From Thalia democratica (lineage: Eukaryota): a stretch of DNA of 64,000 nucleotides. The stretch lies in contig OZ241832.1 in assembly GCA_965202585.1 (NCBI GenBank), positions 41,168,001 to 41,232,000 on the forward strand, in the 5' to 3' direction. A model generated the notes under the pieces. That model did not search any database. It saw nothing but the letters and a program-made list of their open reading frames with translations, and had not been told where the DNA came from. Position 1 is the first letter of the stretch, and the number at the start of each line of letters is the position of its first letter. Shown here piece after piece: positions 36,301 to 48,300 of the stretch. The position numbers were made by a program, and so were the translations under genes.

Positions 36301-39300
36301 GCTTTTTTCTTACTAGGTTTTTTTAATGTTTTTGATATACTAAAAAGCGTAGACTAATGACCTTTGAGTCATTATAGGTCTCTAATTTGACTTAAATTTA
36401 CTTAAAACATGTGTCAGGTACCCTGAAAGCGTTGATAAGTTTAGAGAATGCAAGTTAGACGGTGAATTCGATCCTCGGTTATCAGGAACTCGTATGAAGC
36501 TTAAGGTACCAGATACATGGGAAACCTTATGCTCTTTGCATGGGAATAAACCAAGTGTATGGCAAAAATTACTTGGTTTGTTCGAAGGCCAATATTTATA
36601 ATTTCTTAAGTTGACTTAAATTAAAATTGTTGTTGATAAAAATTTTGAATACAAAACTGATTGTCAATCTACATTTATTAAGTTAATTACAAACTTTTAA
36701 ATCATTGAATTAATTTAATAGTTGTTTTCAGTTAATACCAAAAATTTATCAACGATTTATTAGAAAATACATTTTTTCTAGTAAGTAGTACTAAAGTTAG
36801 AATTGAAAGTGTTTATGAACTCTTAAATTACTAAATAAAAATTACTTGATGGTTTTACATTACATATTTAAACTAATGTAAATTGAAAAAAATTGAAAAT
36901 TCTTCATAGAAAAAATAAAAAAAAAACTGATAAATATGTTTTAAGTTAAAAAAAGGTGTAATTAAGATTTTTTGTCTAGTTAAAAAAAGTTATCTTTTAC
37001 TATAGATGAGCGCAAGCTTGGGTACATGGCTTGTCTTCGAAATATACGAAATATGATACAGGCTGGTATATCTGAACAGCATCATCAAAAAGTACTTAAA
37101 TGGCTTCCAAATCAGGTTGTATGAATTAAATCTATAAATTAAGTTCTTAAGCTTAACACTTAAATGTATTAACATCAAAAAGAATGTTATTAATTTTTTG
37201 GTTATTAGAGTATACTAAATTTGTTAAAATATAGTCTTAATACTAAATAAGTTAAATTGTAAGTGTTAAATCTAAATATCAAACTTATCAGAATGCAGTT
37301 GCTAATGGCCGTCAGTTTCCTATAAGCTACTTTTCAGGCTATGAAGTTTTAGATGAGCTAGAAACACAACTTGATAAAGCACTAGAAAAAAGAGAAGAGT
37401 TAGCTAAAGGTAAGAGGTTAAGTTAAACAAACTTAATAACAATTAATTAAATAAAGTTTATGTAAACTAAACTAATAGTTTTTATTTGCGTGAATTGAGA
37501 ATAAAGTTTTATATTTGGCTTAAACTAGAGTATCTTAGTTTTTTTTTTTTAATGTAGTAAATTTTCGACACGTGGTTCAATCTTTTTTTTTTTGAAATTT
37601 TCAGTTCTCATGCCAGTTTTGAATTATAGAAATAACTTAAGGCTGATTCAAGATTGTTAATTATTTTATGTGAAACTCCTGCTAGTTAATTGAAAAATAT
37701 TTTTATAAACTTTTTTTTCTAAATTTTTGATTAATTAAAGTTCTACCAAATAATTTTAAAATATTATATGATAATTAAATAATTATCACAATATACCTAC
37801 AAATATATTTATACATCGTTTTTACTAACTTCTTAAATATTATTTTCCTGGATGTAATTAAAATAAGAATGTTTAAACAAATGTTTAAATATACAAATGA
37901 TAACGGTGACAAGTAAAAACTTTTAAAAACGTACAATGCAGTTCTTTAAACAATTTAATTTTCAAGTTTATTGTACTAAATAATACAAAAAATTGTTTTA
38001 ACTTCAAAAAAAAACTAATTAATTGGAAGTCGTTAACAAAATTTGCGCAATAAAAATTAAATTTAATCGTCCAAGGCTAAAAGTAAGAGACATTTGATGC
38101 AAGTTTTTTTAAACTATATTAGAATAATTTTATTAGTCATCATTAACTTCAGCTATTTTGTATAACTTTAAATAGTTTTTTTAGTGTGTTAACTTAATTG
38201 AATTAGATTGTTTTGTGTAATGTTTAAGGCTTTTATTCATTGTTAGAAAATTATTTACAACTTGTCACTTAAGGTTATATTAAATAAAAAAATGCAATTT
38301 ATACTAGTTAATCTACTAAGGTAACTTTAAAAAATACTCAATGCACTAAATATCATTAAACTAAAGTAAAAAAGAAAGAGTTGTGTACACTTGATACATC
38401 TTATGATTTTATAGATAAATAGATCAAAATTGTATTTGTATTTAAATACTTACTTTTAAATTTTTCTCTTTTTCTTCAAAGTGCATTAATTTTCAAGTCA
38501 GATAAACAAAAGGTTTTTGTAAAAGCAACGAGTTTTTTTTAAATAAAAACGTTGTTCAGTCTTTATTTACTATTTTATATTCGTGGACCATGAATCGCTT
38601 TTATGCATCGCAGTACATATTGTTAGCTGATCAACTTTGCTTAAAAATTGTTATAAGATAAAGCTTATTTTAGTAATAACTTTTCTTAAGGTTAACATGT
38701 ATAACGAACACTCAGTTCTTAAATTTACTAACTTTTTAGCTAATTTTTAATAACAGATATTTGTAACTATTATTGGTAATTGATTTCAGTAGTAAGAAAA
38801 ACCATTGCTCGTATACTATGACTATACAATTTTTAAATGACAATTTTTTTTTAATTTTAGATATGATTATTAAGGTATGTATTTCTTTTTAACTAAAATT
38901 CTTTGTTTTCAATAAAATCGTAGGTATAGAAACAAAGTATTCTCAAAAAAGTCAAAAGCGTAAGAAAGATAAAAAAGTTAAAGATGATTTGCCAGACTGG
39001 GTAAAAAGGTAATTTTCAAATGATAAATAATTTTCAAAAACACTAAGTTAATATACGTTTTAAAAAAAATTAGTTTAAACTTAATAAATGAGATTTTAAA
39101 CTAAATTCTTACACAATAATAAATAAGTAGTTGATATAAAGTAAAAATGTTAATTGTTAATCTCAAATATTAAAAGAAAAGAAAAAAATAAAAATGTATA
39201 ATTGAAAACCCAAAATATTTGAATTTCTTAAACAACTAGCAGTATCTTTTTCATTTGAATGAAGTTCACCGTTTCAAAATTTGTTACTTCATTTCGAATA

Positions 39301-42300
39301 AAAACTATTTTACTAGTTCTCTATTTAAAAACAATTAAAATAAGATATGTACTTGAACTAAGACAGTTAAATTGTAAAGTTTGTGTTATAGACATCTGAA
39401 TGTTTTCCGTCACAAACAAAAATACTATGTACTGTGGGCACAAGGTTTTCTTAACATTAAGCATAAGTATTTAAAAAACCGTAGATAAGTCTTTATAGGT
39501 ATTCACTTTCTCTGTTGATAATCAAAGTAATGCCTTTTTTCAATCTACAAAAATAGTTTTACATAATATTATTATACATTGCAACTTAAATAAAGAAAAA
39601 ATCGACAAAAGTCTAAGAGATCGAAAGCCTAGACTTTCGTGTTCTATATCTAATATACTTAAGCAATTGAGTGTTTTTCCACAGTTTTTATTGTAGTTAA
39701 GCAAAACAGTTGCAATATATTTTTTTACATTATGTAAAGAACAGTTAAGATAAAAAAAGCTTATGTATTACATTAAACGGTTTGTATTATTAAGTTTTTC
39801 TAAAAAAAATCTTGAAATAAAAACAACAAAAATGTCACAGAAAACTTGAAAAGAAAGCGCAAGAAAAGATGATGTCTACCTGTTACACTCCTGGATTGCT
39901 TGATAGATACAGAAAAAGCTTAAATGAAGCCATTGAAGTTTCTGTGCGCTGCAATTTACCACCAATCAAAGGGCACAATATAATATTTTGTGAAGTAGAC
40001 GAGTGGCATGACAGTACTAAATTTGGTGTGTGAATTTTTTAAGTATATAAAATTGTTATTATTAATCAATTAAGTATAAAACAATATTTTTTCTAGGTCA
40101 AGGAAAGCGAACACTGCAGGATATGATTATTTTAATGTCGCTTATGTGTGCTTACACTTCAGAATCTTATGAGCTTTATCTTTATTATAGAAATAAATCT
40201 TTTGAGTACAAAATAGAAAGGGGAGGTAATTTCTTTTTTTTCAAAAAACTAAAATAAAAACTTAAAATAATATTATTGTTGATGGTTACCAAGTTTCCTA
40301 AATCTTTGTTCTAAATAATAGTTAGTATGACAGTAAAGAAAAAATAAAAATAAATGTCTGAAGATATCGAAGTAGTTTTGTTAACAACTGAATCTTGAAC
40401 CTTTTTAAACGCAGATGTTTCACTTACAGTTTAAACTTAAGTTTTAGACTACTTATATAAAACATTTTTCTAGTGTATATATTTAGTAGTTCCTACTTAT
40501 TGAAGTTCTTTTTTAAAACCAGCAATCATATACAATAGCTCGCTTTTATATGCAAAGCATTTTGAACAGAAATAAAACAGCTTCTTTTCAGAGAAAACTT
40601 TATAAGTTCGTTTGAAATGGTTCAACCGCATGTAATAGATAGTTATTTCGTATTTAGTACACTGTAATAAATATATTTGTATAATTAAGATGATACTTAA
40701 AGTTCAAAGATAGATTCTTATGAATAAGAGTTAAGTACAAAACTATACACTAAAATGTTATATTAATCGAACACTTGTTATATTTTTGAAAAGCCCTAAA
40801 CAAAAAATTGTTTAGCTGCCAATTAAAGATTTTGATATAATTTGGTTGAAAATAAAGTCAGAAATTTACGAAACACTTGTAATTGAAAACAGGTTTTAAA
40901 TGATAACCTAATCTAAGAGCATATTAGAGGTCAATAATTTTTTTCAAACCTAAATTTTTTGAACTTAGAAATAAAATTTACTATTTTGAGTTTTATTTAG
41001 GTTTGTTGAAAAACATGACTTCCATAAAAGACTTTGAAATGGAATATTGTGACGATGAAAGTCAAAGTGTGCTAGCATATATTGAGAACTGCACAAAAAC
41101 TCGAAAATTTTTTGATAAGCTTATAATTTTCGGTGATTTCGATGTTGACGAGCAGTTTACTAAGGATATGATAAAGTTCGTTGATAAATAGTTAAATTTT
41201 GATTTGAGCTTTAATTTTATTAAGTCGAAATATACTAACTTCAATGAAATTTTTTTATTATTAAAAAAAAAAAAAAAAATTCTAACATAAAAATTTTAAA
41301 GACATTAATCAAGCTCAAGTTAAAATTGAGATCAAAATTAAATTTGATTTTATATTTTAAAATAGTCATGCTTAACTAATTAATTAGGATTCTTGATTAA
41401 GAAATAAGTTCTGTATAATTGTTTTATTCTAAAACATTTTCAAAATGAATTAAAATATGTTATTGATTAAATTAGTTTTAGTTAATAATTAACTACAAGT
41501 CTTAATAAAAAAAATTAATAAACTAGTTATTAATGAACTAATTTTTATTCTTACAAATACTAGATACAAAAGGCTTGTACACCCATGTGTTTCCTCTTAC
41601 ATTTTTAACGGATTAAAAGGAAGAAGCAGTATTTCATATGATCCACTTAACCAAACTTACACGGTTAGAACTGCTTAAAGATGTCGAAAAAAAAAAGATA
41701 TTTTGTAATTAAAAAGACTAAACTAATACTAAACAATTAATTTTTTATGTTCATACCATTTAACTAATACTTAAACTATTTTTATGATTGTTGAACACTT
41801 AAAAACAGATAAAGGGTTATTCTGATCAGATGCTTAGATTTATTTCTGAAAATGGAAATGGTGCGCTTATTCACTATGTTGATAATATTGATTTAACAAA
41901 AGGTATTAGAGACTTGCATGAGCGTAAAATACAAGCTAAAAAAACAAATGATATCCTTTTGATACCGCCACAAGTTTCAAGCAATTTAAGAACACTAAAA
42001 GTTTTCATATCATCAACTATAAAAGGTATTGTAGAGATTGGAAACAATCACAATATATTTCATTATGTTGATATGGCTTATACTTATGTTAAATTGTACA
42101 GTTAAAAAACAAATTAATATAAAATGTAAAGATTTTTTTCATAGAAAAATTTCGGTCAAATGAATCGTAGATCAGGTACAAACTTTTTAAATGATTTTAA
42201 AGATATGCACGGAGAGCGAAACACGCTGGTCAGGTCTATTCTTCCTGATTTACAACGTAAGTGTTATTCAAAAGGAATCCGGTTGGTTGAGTGTGATTTA

Positions 42301-45300
42301 AGATGGGGAATTCCGGAAGGTGCGACTGGTCGTCGAATTGTAGAAACTTGTTTAAAACAAGTTTTAGAATGTCAACTCTTTTTAGGTTTAACTATAAAAA
42401 ATAGCTCAACCAGTATATAATGAATAACTGTTATTTATATTTTTAGCATATTGTTGGAATAAAACTACCTTTAATCAACAGGCTTTCAACGTTGTTGTAG
42501 CTTTTTTTAATTTATCTGAGGCATTAATTTGAAAAAAATTTACCACTGCTACAGGTGAATTTACAATGAGATTTATTACATTAAGCTAACTTAACAGCTG
42601 GTCGAAGTTAAGTATAATATTTACAAAAATATTTATTGTGCATAGAAATAAGCTTGTTATCATATCAAATAAATCTGAAAACTAAATTTTATAAACCAAA
42701 AAACTTACAAAAAAAATGAGAGTGTTGAAGTTTCATAAACAATAGAAACAAGTAGTGTATATTAAAGTATTCTAAAAAGAACTATCTGTTTATATATACT
42801 GTTGGTAACTTTAAAAAATGATTATTAGGTTTTCTTGGACAACGCTATGGTTGGGCTCCAAACTCCAAAGATATTCCGTTTGAAAATGAATGGCTAAAAT
42901 GGTTAAAAAAAGTTCACAAAGAAGGAATGTCTATAACACATCTTGAAATGTTGTTTGTAAGTTAAGTTAAGTTTACTAGCCAGTAAGTAAAACAACTAAT
43001 ATTTTATACTTACAGGCTTTAAAAAGGAACAAGGATGAAAATATTCCTTGCTTTTTTTACCTGAGAAACAATTTTTCAGAAGTTTCTAAAAAATACAGTC
43101 ATATACTTAATGACAACAACCCGAACAAAAAAGCTAAGCTAGAGGTTTTTGCTCGTTTTATTATAAGTTACTTAAGAAAACATCGTTTTTAATTGACGCT
43201 TAAACTGTGAAAAAAGGTAAGCAAACATAATGCTTTGTTCGATATATTTATATGTGAGGAAGAAGTTATAACTGTTTGTTTTTATTAAGTTACTGTTTGT
43301 TCCTATAAAGTTAATACTTTGAGAAGTTGTCAAATTAAATTATATTGTTTATAAATAATAACACTAAATAATTAAGTATTATAGCTTGATGTTATTTTAT
43401 TAGTGATATAATTACACTATAAGCATGTTTAACTTTGTATGTTAAATTAAATATAAAATTTTTTGATGCTTTAAATCAGTGTCAAGTTTTTCAAAAATTA
43501 TCAAACTATGAAATTAATTAAGTCGATTTTTAAAACACTAATGACATGAATTTTATTTACTTTTATAGTTCAAATTAAAGAGATTTTAAAAGATTGAATT
43601 TTTAAAGGTCTTAAGCTTTTTTGCTTATTGTAAGCAAAGTTTAAAAATATATAATTTGTTATAATGAATCTTAAAGTTTTTTAATGTCATTTTGAAGTTT
43701 ACTTATATGTCTTTATTTTGGTCAACTAGCATTTTATCTAATTTTTGTTATACAGTATACATTAAAAATAAAAATACTTCAGTTTGGTTTTAATTAGCTA
43801 AAACATAGTTATACTAGTAGTATATCTTATCATTGCATCTACCTTAAGTGTAGTTCAATGGGTCTGTGTTAACTGCTTAGTTCAGTTAAATATATAGTTG
43901 AATATAAAACCTCACTGGAAATTCAAAATTGTGTACGTTATTATTAAATTGGAGTAATGTCTACAACTTTGATTTTTTTTTGTAAAGCGTACAAATACAA
44001 CTAATAACAACTTTTTTATAGGATTTAAGAAATTTAATTATCAATAAATGTAATACAAGTAGTATTGAAGTTGTAAACTATGAAGCGAAATTAGATACTT
44101 CATGTAATCCTGTGAAGTTTGACGGTATAGAAGTTTTCTCTGACAAAATTAAGACAGATATTTTAGACTCAGTTGAAGATATATCAAACAAACAAAACCA
44201 TGAAGTTGATACCGATCACGCTTCTAAAGTAATCAACTAATAGCATAAGAATCTTTTGACGTTTTAAAATAATTTAATTTATAACTTAATAAATTGCATT
44301 ATTATAATCATATTTAAAAAAATTGGTGTAATTTACACTTTTAATAAGTTCCTTAAACTTTAAAGTACATAAAGATTATTTAAAAGCACAAAAAAAAACT
44401 TCTTTTTTCAGACTGCAAAAATTTTTAGTAATATGGTGTCTCAGACAACAAAATGGAAATTTGAAGGACATTTAGATTTGGTACATAAATTAAAAGAAAT
44501 GCTTTTCATGATTTCATCAAGAAACTTGAGGTCCTCGAAAATAATATTTATTCGAGGTGATGTAGGAGTTGGAAAATCTGCATTTCTTCGTCATTTGTTT
44601 CAAAATAAGGATAACTTTTATTTCTCAACATCTAGCGAAAAAAAGTTGTAAGTAAAGTAAAATATAAAAAATTCTGCCTTGAAAGTTTTTATATGAATGA
44701 ATTTTTTTTATCAAGAATTACTTTTTCTAAAGCTTAATTATCAACTTTTAATATAATAGTATTTACATTTAACTATAACAAATGAAAAACTATAGTTATC
44801 AAGTTGATAATTCTTGTTGTAGTCTCGTGTTATTCAATACTTTCATAACCATAAAGCCATATATTTTTTATAAGGTTTAATAAAAAATAAGATGCTTAAG
44901 TCCTAGATAAATTTGAAATACTAAATAAAAGTAAGATAATATTGATTTAAAGTAAGAATTTTTTTCATCTAATTTGTTAAAAAAAGGTAGCAATCTGTTA
45001 AATTTTCAAATAAGTTAGTTAAATAAAATACTAAATCAAAGTGACTACAAATAAAGATAAAGGAGTCTTATATTTTTACTTAAAATTAAGTTGTAACATA
45101 ATCTGAGTCAAATGTAAAATACAAAATAGAACAAAGTTAATTTGAAGACAATAAACAAAATATTAAAAAGGTTAAGGTTTATATAGTTGTGATTTTGAAT
45201 ATCTAAAAAACTTCCACAATACGAGGGATAAATTGAAATTTAGAATACAAAACTTTTTCATATGTTTAAATAAATAACTACACCATAGGAGAGTTAAGTT

Positions 45301-48300
45301 TAGTACATAAAATTTGAAAGAAAAACTACTTTCTATTGTACTTTGTTAAAAACTAAATTATTGGTAAGGAGTTGAAAAATTAAAATTTCTGTAAAATTAT
45401 TACAACCGTTGGTATTTAAAACTCTGAGCATCAATTATGTTAAAAGTATACAACAAGAATGTTAAGCTTCGAATAAAAATGTTTTAGAAGTACCAAAAGT
45501 AGCTTTTAATGTACAGTTTTACATATAACTTTTATTAAGTGTTCTTAATAATAGTCGTGTATATGAAGTAGATTTTTTTAAAGCATGAAACCTGATTAGT
45601 AAGTTTAAACGAGTTTGGTTTTCAGATGGTGCGAAAATCAACTAAAACTGTTCTACATAGTTGGAGGTGAAACTTACTTGTCCCGTGACGTAGACTTTAT
45701 GCTTGAGTGTCTCAATAAACAACTAAATAATATAACTAGATCTATCATTGAGAATGAAATAAATGACGAGAAAAAAAAAGGTTAACATCAACATTTTACA
45801 ATATATTTTACATTTACTTTCCTGAGGTTTTAATTCAATGTTAAATTAGTTCAAATTAATCAGTAAGTTAAAAATAGGTTTATAAAACTAAAATGCTTAT
45901 AGATTTTGAGCAAAATATAAATGAGAAGTATTCTGAAAATCTTTGGGAAAAACTAAAATTTTTATCTAAATGGATGCCACAACATAGGTTTTTGATCGGA
46001 GTCGATGCTGTAGATCTACTCAAAGCAAAAAATGTTCTTCAGGTTTCAAATATGAATTTTTTAATAAACCAAAAGTTATATTTTATAGTGTAACTAGGGG
46101 TGGGCAACGTAAATATTTGACGGGCCGGATCCAGAAAAATATAGTCCTCAGCGGGCCGGATCATTTCAAGTTAGTGATCTTTTGGATTCAGCTGGATCCT
46201 TTTTAAGATCCGGATCCCATTTTAAACATATTATCCGGATCCGCCTAAATACTAATTTTAGAAAAAGATCTAGACCCGAATTGAAGCTAATTTCAAAAAG
46301 GTTTGAATCCGGTTAGATGCTTATTGATCGGGTATTTCAGAATTTTGAATCAATATATTAATTACCAAGGTTGTCAAGTATGAAATTTTATGTTGAATTT
46401 AGTTAAGTATTCATAATTCTACATATATTATAACGCTGTACTAAATTAATACTAGTTAGTCCTAAAAAAATTATAATTTGGTTACTAAAAGTTACTCGAG
46501 CCTAACATTTCAAGCTAAAACATAAAAAATTGCTAACTATTCGAAATTAAATAATTTTGGAAATCCTTATCTGGAGTTTATATTGATAATATTTGTTCAA
46601 AAATTGTAAACAAAACAATATTAAACTACTATTATTTAATTTAATTAAGCTAAAGAAGATTCATTACATTTTTTACATGTATAAAAGAAACAAAACAAAA
46701 ATAATTCTGATATAATAAACAGTTTTACCATAAAAAGCATATTTACAATATTCTAAACATTTAAAAAACAACTCAATACTTATCTGGAAAAGACAGCAGT
46801 TTTTTACACGTCTATTTTTTATGAAAACATTATGGTAGGTATGATCATCAAAGTTACTTCAGCAAACAATTGCTTTTGGATAATTTGAGAAAGGATTACT
46901 TCAACTGACTTGAAACAGAACAAGATACTATAACAAAATAGTGTTTTATCACCACGAAATGATAAGCCATTTTAACAAACGTTTTCAGGGTCAAAGTCTT
47001 ACAGTTTTGTTTAATGAAATAGTTCAAAAAACGTTTTGTACAATTTTTGTGATAATTAAATTTGCTGGCCGGATTTTATATAAATTTTGAAAATGCTTAG
47101 CGGGCCGGATCATCTATTTGCGGGCCGGATTAATGTTGTCCGCGGGCCGGATTCCATTTAAAATTAAAAAAGGTTTGGGGGCCGGTCATTTTCACTCTGC
47201 GGGCCGGATCCGGCCCGCGGGCCGTACGTTGCCCACCCCTGTAACTTGAACATTTAAGCAAACTGTTTTTAAATTCAAGTTTTAACTTTTTTAATTAAAA
47301 TTGAAGTATATATTAACTAGATTTTTATCTTTTCGTTGTATAAATATTAAAATACAAACTAAGTTACTAATAAGAATTTAAATTTAGTGGGTACCAGAAG
47401 TTTTACCTAGCAATACAACACTAGTTTTTACCACAAGCAAGTTGTATATAAATGAGGATACACTGAACAAACGGTCAGACGTGATTAACTATACCCTCCA
47501 TAAGTTGCTGTATAGGTAAATGATTTTTTATTATTGGAAACAAAATATGTTTTTGAATACATTAATTATTTCCACAACTTTTTTTGTTTACCTTTTTAGC
47601 CCATGACACTTTTTTTTTTGTTACGTGATAAAAACGTTATTGACATGCCTTTTGAAGTAAAATTAGATACTGATCAAAACATGTTGCTTGATGTGATTAA
47701 ATTAATATCCAATTGATTATTTAAACAAAGTTTTTGCGTATAGTAAAAAGTTATGTTGAGTATAAAATATGTTTAAATTTATTATAGTGATAAGAAAAAA
47801 GTACTGAAAAGTTTATTAGAAGATTATGGCAAATCTTTAGACAGTTACAATAAAGAGGCAATAGTAGTTAGCAAGAAGGATTCAAACTACCCTATTTACT
47901 TGCATATGCTTACTGAATATGTTAGGTGAGATTTAAAACTTATTTTCTAAGGTATACACATGAATACATAAATTCTTGATTAAAGGGTTGCCAAAAAACC
48001 TTAAAATCTTATAAATACCTTAAATCTTTGAAAAACCTAGAGTTTGAAAAATACAAATAAAAAATTAATAAAAAATAAAACATTGAAAACCTGGAATTTT
48101 GAACTAAAACTACAGTAAAGAAAAGAAATTTTAATAAGATTCGAAAAATCTATCATATAAATAAGTAAAAATGTATTATTATTTTTTTTATAGGAAAACA
48201 CTTATAAAGTAGTTAATACGGTATCTTTTTAATGTTGAAAACTATTTAAGACAATTTTTATCTAATCTAGAATTTATAACAAAAGTTGATCGAAAAAATT

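Noticed and set aside
37505-37590. B-box-like ggttcaatc followed by a T run
   Set aside because: A long T run separates it from the only A-box-like word, so it cannot be an intact Pol III gene.
38861-38874. Apparent 14-nt micro-exon (ttttag|atatgattattaag|gtatgt)
   Set aside because: It ends in phase 0 while the next exon (38924) needs phase 1. Using the alternative AG at 38929 would replace the better-conserved-looking DLPDWVKR frame. Only RNA-seq could rescue it.
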